Origin: Geotalea uraniireducens Rf4 | GTDB lineage: Bacteria; Desulfobacterota; Desulfuromonadia; Geobacterales; Geobacteraceae | Direction of reading: 5' to 3' | Assembly (NCBI RefSeq): GCF_000016745.1 | Contig: NC_009483.1 | Coordinates: forward strand, 4,260,001-4,292,000 | DNA length: 32,000 nt | In this document: positions 19,513 to 25,919 of the stretch, in pieces | How the letters are laid out: each line of letters starts with the position of its first letter | Numbering within the stretch: position 1 is the first letter of the stretch | Made by a program: the position numbers and the translations under genes | Notes under the pieces: model-generated | What the model was told of the DNA's origin: nothing | The model's input: the letters and a program-made list of their open reading frames with translations, nothing else | The model's database searches: none

Positions 19513-19761
19513 ATGAAAAGCACAGTCAAAAACGCGTTACTTGTATTTATCGGCAGCGTTTCCACAGCCTTTGCAGCCGACGGAGTCGAAAAAGGAGAAA
19601 ACAGTTTGCTGCTGTTTCTCTTCCTGGGTTTTGGCGCCCTGATCATCGTCTTCCAGACGATTCCCGGCATACTGCTGTTTTTCTCAATGCTGAAGGGGCT
19701 GTTCATGTCAGCGCCAAAGGAAACCGCTCTTGCCGCTGAAAAACCCGACAAAACATCGTAA
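19513..19761 (+). CDS. Small exported/membrane protein P1 (82 aa): signal peptide plus one TM helix; uncharacterised
   Basis: A strong RBS (AAAGGAGGA) is present. The signal peptide ends ...STAFA/ADG. It is followed by the TM LLLFLFLGFGALIIVFQTIPGILLFF. It is a paralogue of the ORF at 20360..20605. Confidence 0.65.
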   Translation: MKSTVKNALLVFIGSVSTAFAADGVEKGENSLLLFLFLGFGALIIVFQTIPGILLFFSMLKGLFMSAPKETALAAEKPDKTS

Positions 19762-19763
19762 TT

Positions 19764-19889
19764 CCTATTTCAAATCAAGGATGAAATCAAGGCGGTGAGG
19801 AGTGAGGCGACGAAGGCGTACAGATAGTACGTTGAGGAGCCGAAGACAAGCCAACGAAGATAGCGCCTTGATTTGGAATTGGAATAAGG
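19764..19889. repeat. Element B: 126-bp imperfect palindromic intergenic element
   Basis: AAATCAAGGCG (arm) pairs with CGCCTTGATTT. The outer ends are CCTATTTC... and ...GGAATAAGG. The apex is CGTACAGATAGTACG (19817-19831). The element begins 3 nt after the P1 stop codon. Confidence 0.65.
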
Positions 19890-19928
19890 CACTATCTGCG
19901 AAATCAACAAAAAGAGAGGCTGAAGATC

Positions 19929-20309
19929 ATGCAAGGACTTCTCATAGCAGATGAGGACCTGGATAGCCGGAAGTTTATGGCCGACCTCTTTATCGAAGCG
20001 GGATATAACGTCATGGTAACAAACTCAGCGGCCAACGTGCTGTACGGCATTCTGAAAAAAACGGCCCAGGTGGTGCTGCTCAGCAGCGAATTTGACGAAC
20101 TGACGGCCACAGACCTGATCCCCCTGTTGAAAAAGTGCAACCGGAATTTGACAATTATCCTGGTTTCCAACGAAATGTCTCTGCCGCTCATTCGCAAACT
20201 GCGCAAGGAAGGAATTTTTTACCACGCGCTGAAACCTGTAAAACCGGAAGACCGGGAAGAGATCCGCCAAGCCGTGAAATGCGCTTTCGAAACCATGCGG
20301 GGCAATTGA
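19929..20309 (+). CDS. Stand-alone receiver-like (CheY-fold) protein lacking the phospho-acceptor Asp (pseudo-receiver)
   Basis: 126 aa. By-eye alignment to CheY shows the acidic pair retained (LLIADED). The acceptor position in VVLLSSEF is Ser instead of Asp. The T/S (ILVSNE) and K (ALKPV) positions are retained. Confidence 0.7.
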   Translation: MQGLLIADEDLDSRKFMADLFIEAGYNVMVTNSAANVLYGILKKTAQVVLLSSEFDELTATDLIPLLKKCNRNLTIILVSNEMSLPLIRKLRKEGIFYHALKPVKPEDREEIRQAVKCAFETMRGN

Positions 20310-20359
20310 AACTACACCATAAAGGACAGATAGCAAAAACATCAAATAAGGAGACGGCC

Positions 20360-20605
20360 ATGAAAACATTAACAACGCTCTTCATCACGATCACCCTTTG
20401 GTTGGTCGCAATTCCCCAGGCTTTTGCAGCCTCAACGACACGGGTATACAGCAGCGGCATTCTGGTGCTCGCTTTTCTGGGCTTCTGCGCCTTGATCGTT
20501 GTTGTTCAACTGATCCCGGCCATCATCACGTTATGGGGAATCGTCAAGGAACTCGTGGCCGGTAAGGACAAGGAAAAAGAAGCAAAAGCCGAAATATCAA
20601 ACTGA
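20360..20605 (+). CDS. Small exported/membrane protein P2 (81 aa), paralogue of P1
   Basis: Internal ATG of track ORF 20135..20605, preceded by AAGGAGA. The signal peptide ends ...PQAFA/AST. The TM is ILVLAFLGFCALIVVVQLIPAIITLW. In the core FLGFxALIxVxQxIPxI block, 12 of 19 positions are identical to P1. Confidence 0.65.
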   Translation: MKTLTTLFITITLWLVAIPQAFAASTTRVYSSGILVLAFLGFCALIVVVQLIPAIITLWGIVKELVAGKDKEKEAKAEISN

Positions 20606-20668
20606 AGCGGCTTATCGCGCAGTACGCTAAATATTTTATCTATACATATCGGAAGGGAGGATGAACTC

Positions 20669-20836
20669 ATGTTCGAACAAATGTTCTCATCGGTTGGAGA
20701 AATCAAGGAAGTCTTCACACTGGTTGATTATTACCAGTACATAAAAGGGGTTGAATACCTTATCTGCGTGGCATTCTTTGTCGGATTTCCCATTTTCTAC
20801 CGGTACATTCACAAACGGGAAAACGCAGACGACTAA
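20669..20836 (+). CDS. Tiny membrane protein P3 (55 aa), uncharacterised
   Basis: Hand translation gives MFEQMFSSVGEIKEVFTLVDYYQYIKGVEYLICVAFFVGFPIFYRYIHKRENADD. The RBS GGAAGGGAGG lies 8 nt upstream. There is one C-terminal TM. It is below the track cutoff. Confidence 0.45.
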   Translation: MFEQMFSSVGEIKEVFTLVDYYQYIKGVEYLICVAFFVGFPIFYRYIHKRENADD

Positions 20837-20936
20837 TGTTGATTGCATCGCGAAAAGAGTGTCGCCAAGAATATACGATAACAGTACGGCAGAGAATTAA
20901 CTGTTGTGATCAATCTACAAAAAGGAGAACGCCATT

Positions 20937-21467
20937 ATGTATGCTATGAAGAACTGGCTTATCGGGGGAATTTTAATGCTAGCGCTGTCCGCGGTCCCTC
21001 CCGTCTGTCAGGGGATGAACATGCCGGATTCCATCACGCTTGATTCCCTGGTTCAGCTCTACGATAAGGTGAAATTCGATCATGCAAAACATATCAATCT
21101 GATAAAGGACTGCGCTGTGTGCCACCACCACACGACCGGCACGCTGGTTGAAGACCCCAATTGCGTCAGGTGTCACAAGAACAGCAGTGAAACCAAGATA
21201 GTGGCCTGCAAAGGATGTCATTCCGCGCAGACTTTCTCGGCAGAGACTCTGAGAGAGAAGCGGCAGGGCACAAAACTCTACCACCAGGACAAGCCGGGGC
21301 TAAAAGGAGCTTACCATCTGAATTGTATGGGATGCCATACCAAGATGGGTGGACCGACCGGCTGCCTGGATTGTCACAAACGGAACAAGGCAGGAGACGC
21401 TCTCTACAATTCCGGCAAGTCTGCGCCCAAAAAGGCACAGGGAAATGCAGCGGGCCACGGTCATTAA
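20937..21467 (+). CDS. Periplasmic pentahaem c-type cytochrome (cytochrome c3 / class III-like)
   Basis: 176 aa with a signal peptide. There are five CXXCH motifs (CAVCH, CVRCH, CKGCH, CMGCH, CLDCH) plus spare His residues for bis-His ligation. Confidence 0.85.
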   Translation: MYAMKNWLIGGILMLALSAVPPVCQGMNMPDSITLDSLVQLYDKVKFDHAKHINLIKDCAVCHHHTTGTLVEDPNCVRCHKNSSETKIVACKGCHSAQTFSAETLREKRQGTKLYHQDKPGLKGAYHLNCMGCHTKMGGPTGCLDCHKRNKAGDALYNSGKSAPKKAQGNAAGHGH

Positions 21468-21528
21468 CCAAGAAAGCCGGTGAAAGATTTTACCAGGCGC
21501 TAAAATTTGAACCGAAGGAGACACGAAC

Positions 21529-22452
21529 ATGAAGCGGAGAGATTTCCTGAAAGGTTGCATGATATGTGGGGCAGCATCCTCCCTTGGCATATCGAAAAAA
21601 GCCTGGGGGAGCGGTTCCTTTGAAGGATATCCCGAAGGAATGGGGGTCCTGGTAGATCTGACTCGCTGCATTGGCTGCCGTAGCTGCGAGGCGGCCTGCA
21701 ACAAGGAACAGCAACTTCCCGAACCAAAGGTGCCTTTCGATGATCAATCGGTTTTTGAGGAGAAACGACGTCCGAGCGAAGAAGCATACACGGTCGTAAA
21801 CCGTTATGAGCAAAAAGGCGGCCCGGTGTACCGCAAGATCCAGTGCAACCATTGTAACGAACCGGCCTGCCTCACATCATGCTTTGTAAATGCCTACACC
21901 AAAACAAAAGAAGGCGCCGTTATCTATAATTCAAAAGTGTGCGTAGGATGCCGCAACTGCATGATCGCCTGTCCTTTCAACGTCCCTGGTTACAGCTATT
22001 CGAGCGCAACCAACCCGGTGGTTAAAAAATGCATCCTCTGCTACGACACCCGCCTTAAATATGGAAAACCGCCTGCCTGCGTCGAGATTTGTCCCCAAGA
22101 GGTACTCACGTTCGGCTACAGGAAAGACCTGATCAAGATCGGTCATGAGCGGATCAGAGAAACGCCGGACAAATATGTAGACCACATTTACGGTGAAAAA
22201 GAAGTGGGAGGAACAGGATGGCTCTATCTCTCCAGCGTCCCATTCGACAAAGTCGGCTTTGATAATACATTGGGAAATGAGCCGATCATCTCCAACGTCA
22301 AGGAGTTCCTCGGCACTGTTCCCATGGTGCTCACCATCTGGCCTGCCCTGTTTACCGGATTCCACCTGCTCTCTACCCGCAAAAAGGGCCATGGAGACGA
22401 CCATGGGCATGACGCACATTCAAAATCAGAGCAGGAGGACGCAAAAAAATGA
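21529..22452 (+). CDS. Tat-exported 4x[4Fe-4S] ferredoxin-type subunit with C-terminal TM anchor (HybA/NrfC/HmcB-like)
   Basis: The twin-arginine leader is MKRRDFLKG. Four Cys clusters are present: CIGCRSCEAAC, CNHCNEPACLTSC, CVGCRNCMIACP and CILC...CVEICP. There is a hydrophobic helix near the C-terminus. Confidence 0.85.
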   Translation: MKRRDFLKGCMICGAASSLGISKKAWGSGSFEGYPEGMGVLVDLTRCIGCRSCEAACNKEQQLPEPKVPFDDQSVFEEKRRPSEEAYTVVNRYEQKGGPVYRKIQCNHCNEPACLTSCFVNAYTKTKEGAVIYNSKVCVGCRNCMIACPFNVPGYSYSSATNPVVKKCILCYDTRLKYGKPPACVEICPQEVLTFGYRKDLIKIGHERIRETPDKYVDHIYGEKEVGGTGWLYLSSVPFDKVGFDNTLGNEPIISNVKEFLGTVPMVLTIWPALFTGFHLLSTRKKGHGDDHGHDAHSKSEQEDAKK

Positions 22453-23846
22453 AAACATATAAAGCAAACGGAGTGGAAATAGTCGATTCCCTCTACAAGG
22501 ATAGCGGGAAGAAAAAATGGAACTTGATGGAGAAGCTGCTCTTGGGCCTCACCCCCCGGCAGTATATTGCCCAGGCCCTGCGCAACCCTTTCAACTGGAT
22601 ATTGGCAGTTATCTTTGCCATCGGAATACCGATAATCCTCGGCCGCTTCTTCTTCGGGTTAGGATGGGTAACCCACAGTTCAAATGATTATCCGTGGGGA
22701 ATGTTTCTGGGATTCGGACTCTTCGCCATGGTGCCCCTATCCTCTTCAGGATTCCAGCTTGGAACCACATGTGAGGTCTTCGGTCGCCATGACTTTGAAC
22801 CCATTGAGCGGCTAGGGCTCTTGAACGGCCTCTTAGGCTACTTATTCGCCGTCATCTATCTCATGGTTGACCTAGGGCAACCATGGCGGCTTCCCTATCC
22901 CATGGTGGTATCCTTCGGCCCCGCGGCGGTTCTCTTCCTGGTGGCCTGGCATGTGGCCACTTACCTGTCAGTCCAGGTAGCGGAGGTTTCGGTAGCGTTC
23001 TTCGAATGGATAGGTTTCCCGATGGGCAAACGAGGGGTGAGAAAAATCACCCTCGGCCTGACCGTGGCCGGCATCATTCTTTCAACCCTTCACCAGGGCG
23101 CCTTGGGAGCTCTCTTCACCTATGCCCCCGGCAAGGTGCACCCGCTCTGGTATTCCGCCTCTTTCCAGTGGCTCCACTTTTTCGTTTCCTCGCTGCCGGG
23201 GGGGCTCTGCATGGTCATCGCGGTGAGCACCATTGCCCGTAAGACGATGGCCTGGCGTTGCGGCCAGGGTTTCAACGACAATCTGGACAAACTTACCATC
23301 GCCCTGGCCAAGGGTGCCAGCATGGGACTTGCCACTTACCTTACCATCAAGCTGATCGGCATGGCCCACGACAACAAATGGGAATACCTCGCCACCGGCT
23401 GGGGGCAATGGTACATGTTCGAAATATTCTTCGGGGTCATCCTGCCTTTGGGGCTCTTCGCCTACGCCATCAGAAACAAAAAGGTCGGGCTGGTCCGCTT
23501 CAGCGCCTTTCTTACCGTATTCGGCGTAGTGCTCAACAGGGTGAATACCGCCATGATAACATTCAACTGGAAACTGGCGGAACGCGAAATTCCCCACTGG
23601 CGTGAGGTCATCATCTCCGTCACCATTTTCGCGATTTATATCACGGTTTATCGTTTTATCCTCTACCGCCTGCCGATTCTCTATTCGTGGAAGACTGCGG
23701 ATGAGACGGTAGAAGCAACGGAAGGTGCGAGAGTACCGAAAAAAGTCATCCGTGAAGAAGAGCCGGTGCCTGTTGGAACGTACAGGACGAGGGAAGAGAG
23801 CATCATTCCCACAGCCGGCTTCTCAAGCCTGGAAAAAGGGAACTGA
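22449..23846 (+). CDS. NrfD/PsrC-family integral membrane quinone-interacting subunit (HybB/HmcC-like)
   Basis: 465 aa and polytopic. There is an ATGA start/stop overlap with the Fe-S gene, and AGGAGGA lies upstream. The gene order Fe-S then NrfD is typical of NrfCD-type modules. Confidence 0.8.
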   Translation: MKTYKANGVEIVDSLYKDSGKKKWNLMEKLLLGLTPRQYIAQALRNPFNWILAVIFAIGIPIILGRFFFGLGWVTHSSNDYPWGMFLGFGLFAMVPLSSSGFQLGTTCEVFGRHDFEPIERLGLLNGLLGYLFAVIYLMVDLGQPWRLPYPMVVSFGPAAVLFLVAWHVATYLSVQVAEVSVAFFEWIGFPMGKRGVRKITLGLTVAGIILSTLHQGALGALFTYAPGKVHPLWYSASFQWLHFFVSSLPGGLCMVIAVSTIARKTMAWRCGQGFNDNLDKLTIALAKGASMGLATYLTIKLIGMAHDNKWEYLATGWGQWYMFEIFFGVILPLGLFAYAIRNKKVGLVRFSAFLTVFGVVLNRVNTAMITFNWKLAEREIPHWREVIISVTIFAIYITVYRFILYRLPILYSWKTADETVEATEGARVPKKVIREEEPVPVGTYRTREESIIPTAGFSSLEKGN

Positions 23847-23917
23847 GCGCGCGGGCAGTGAAAAATGCCGCGTAGCCCGTCTGACCGGCAAAAATAGATC
23901 AATTACAGGAGATAATC

Positions 23918-24682
23918 ATGAGATTCCGTTGGACTGCTTATATTCTGGCGGCGCTCTTGGGAAGCGCGTCCCTGACATCCGCCTTGGAACTCAAGAACAA
24001 AACCTTCAGTACCGCAAACGCCGGCAAGGTTGTTTTCAGCCACACGTCACACCTGAAGAAGAAAAATGCCAAGAGCGCCAATGTAGGCTGCAAAGCCTGC
24101 CATAACGGCAATATGCGTGAGAACGTCCGCTATACCATGGCGGACATGGACAAGGGAAAATCATGCGGCATTTGCCATAACGGCAAAAAAGCCTTCGCAC
24201 TGGCAAAGTGCACGGTCTGCCACAAAGTGCGCGAGATCACGTTCAAGGTGAAGGAAACCGGGCCGGTCCTCTTCAGCCACGCCAAACACCTGAAAACCAT
24301 GCAATGCGGCGCATGCCACAACAAGGTTTTCAAAGCCGGCCCAAACAAGCGTGTCGACATGGCGCAAATGGAACGGGGGAAATCGTGCGGCGCATGCCAT
24401 AACGGCAAGAAGACCTTTGCCCTGGGAGAATGCACAAAATGCCACCCGGTAAAGGAGAAGAGCTATAAGGTTGCCGATGCCGGAAACGTCACTTTCAGCC
24501 ATAAGCTTCATATCGACATGTACAAGTGCCGGGAATGCCACAGCAGGCTCTACATCCCGGGTTCCGGCAACAAAACCGTTTCCATGGCCGAGATGGAGGC
24601 CGGCAAATCCTGCGGCGCCTGCCATGACAGTAAATCGGCTTTTACCGTGAAGGAAAGCTGTGACAAGTGTCACAGGACGTAG
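23918..24682 (+). CDS. Periplasmic nonahaem c-type cytochrome built from three tandem c7-type trihaem modules
   Basis: 254 aa with a signal peptide ending ...LTSA/LE. There are nine CXXCH motifs. Three repeats of V-x-FSH-x-x-H...CxxCH...MA-x-M-x-x-GKSCG-x-CH-x-x-K-x-F...C-x-x-CH are visible by eye. Confidence 0.85.
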   Translation: MRFRWTAYILAALLGSASLTSALELKNKTFSTANAGKVVFSHTSHLKKKNAKSANVGCKACHNGNMRENVRYTMADMDKGKSCGICHNGKKAFALAKCTVCHKVREITFKVKETGPVLFSHAKHLKTMQCGACHNKVFKAGPNKRVDMAQMERGKSCGACHNGKKTFALGECTKCHPVKEKSYKVADAGNVTFSHKLHIDMYKCRECHSRLYIPGSGNKTVSMAEMEAGKSCGACHDSKSAFTVKESCDKCHRT

Positions 24683-24685
24683 CGG

Positions 24686-24813
24686 GTTGTTGAACAACGA
24701 GGGCATATGAGGACGCGTTGCGAAAGGGCGATAAACCCGAACGTACAGGCAGTACGGAATGGTTTTGAGCCCTTGAGCAACAGGCAGTGCAGACCATGCC
24801 GATTTTCAGCAAC
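24686..24813. repeat. Element C: 128-bp imperfect palindromic intergenic element
   Basis: The left arm GTTGTTGAACAACG...GTTGCGAAAGGGCGATAAACC aligns with the reverse complement of the right arm GTTGCTGAAAATCG...GTTGCTCAAGGGCTCAAAACC. The apex CGTACAGGCAGTACG (24742-24756) is exactly central. The element begins 3 nt after the cytochrome stop. Confidence 0.65.
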
Positions 24814-24836
24814 ATGACAGGAGGAGGTAAACCGCC

Positions 24837-25703
24837 ATGTTAAGAAGCCTGACAGCCAGGGCCATAGTGCCGGTCGCAGTGGCGGTGACCGGGTTCGTCA
24901 TCGTCTGCTGCATTCTCCTTTACTCGGTCATGAAAACAGACATGGTCAACGACGCGGTCAGCTATGAAGCAAACCTGGCCGACACCATCATAAAGTCGAC
25001 CCGTTACGCCATGCTCAAGTCGGACCGGGAAACGGTGAGCAACATCATCGACAACATCGGCAGCCAGGACGGAATCGAACATGTGCGCATCTTCAACAAA
25101 AAAGGGCTCATCATGTTCTCGCAGCAGCATGAGGAGATCAACCGCTATGTGGACAAAAAAACTGCGGGCTGCATCGGCTGTCACGCCGGGACAGTACCGC
25201 ACGCCACCATGAGGGACATGGAGCGGGCACGCCGTTTTGTCAACACACTGGGTACGGAGGTGATTGCAATCACTGCTCCCATATACAACGAGCCCGCATG
25301 CTATACGGCCTCCTGCCACTTCCACACTTCCGGCCAGAAGATCCTCGGGACCCTTGATATCGGCCTCTCTGCGACGCCTCTTTCGAAAACGCTTTCCATC
25401 ATGCGCAGCAGGATGATGGTTTTCAGCATTATGGTGCTCATCCTCTCGGTGGGAGGAGTCGCAGCGCTTTTGAGGAGACAGGTCTTTATGCCGCTCCGGG
25501 AAATTAAGGCGTTTACAGCAAAAGTGAACCGTGGTAATCTTTCTCCCGAACTTTCAGGAATTTCCGGTGAACTGACCGAACTTGCCGGCGACATCCGGGC
25601 AATGGCCTCCAGGCTCAGGATCGCCGTCGATGAGCTCGAAAAGCTGAGAGGGGGCACGGAAGAGATGAAAGAGAAGGCAGGCGTGAACGCGAACAGCGTA
25701 TAG
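24837..25703 (+). CDS. Kinase-less sensor protein: TM, periplasmic CXXCH/CX4CH domain paralogous to the kinase sensor, TM, then HAMP
   Basis: 288 aa. It contains CIGCH and CYTASCHFH. It is collinear with the 15705..17288 sensor region (GIEHVRIFNKKGLIMFS vs GIDHIRMINKNGRIIYS; IYNEPAC...CHFH vs IYNEESC...CHFH). It ends about 20 aa after HAMP, with no H-box or ATPase domain. Confidence 0.8.
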   Translation: MLRSLTARAIVPVAVAVTGFVIVCCILLYSVMKTDMVNDAVSYEANLADTIIKSTRYAMLKSDRETVSNIIDNIGSQDGIEHVRIFNKKGLIMFSQQHEEINRYVDKKTAGCIGCHAGTVPHATMRDMERARRFVNTLGTEVIAITAPIYNEPACYTASCHFHTSGQKILGTLDIGLSATPLSKTLSIMRSRMMVFSIMVLILSVGGVAALLRRQVFMPLREIKAFTAKVNRGNLSPELSGISGELTELAGDIRAMASRLRIAVDELEKLRGGTEEMKEKAGVNANSV

Positions 25704-25867
25704 GAGCCAGTCGGACTTAGGAATGAATCTACTGCGAGAACGGAAAATCGGTCCATATTTCCGGAAATTTTCGACAAATAGGTCCACTATTCGCTCTCAA
25801 ATTTCCGATAATCTGTCCTCGATTTGCCATTCTCTCGTTACGATTCCCTAAGTCCGACTGGCTCCTA
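25701..25867. repeat. Element D: 167-bp element with 21-bp perfect terminal inverted repeats (MITE/REPIN-like)
   Basis: TAGGAGCCAGTCGGACTTAGG (25701-25721) is the exact reverse complement of CCTAAGTCCGACTGGCTCCTA (25847-25867). The inner arms are partly alignable, and there is an internal TTTCCGGAAA palindrome. Its first three bases are the TAG stop of the upstream gene. Confidence 0.8.
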
Positions 25868-25919
25868 GGTGAGCTGTTGCGGCCATCCAGCCATCGGCCA
25901 TCCGGAGATAACGCTCGCC

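Noticed and set aside
20135-20359. N-terminal 75 residues of track ORF 20135..20605
   Set aside because: This part overlaps the receiver gene out of frame and has no RBS. The internal ATG at 20360 follows AAGGAGA and yields a product parallel to P1.
20837-20936. A fifth hairpin element between P3 and the pentahaem cytochrome gene (GTTGATTGCA... / ...TGTGATCAATC, contains CAGTACGG)
   Set aside because: The arm complementarity is short and weak, and the region is too small. It does not reach the standard of elements A-D.
24686-24813. Possibility that the hairpin elements are GEMM (c-di-GMP/cGAMP) riboswitches, which are common next to Geobacter cytochrome genes
   Set aside because: The conserved GEMM-I core (GCAAA... 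GACGCAAAGCC with tetraloop and receptor) is not present. The elements are near-symmetric palindromes located 3' of genes.
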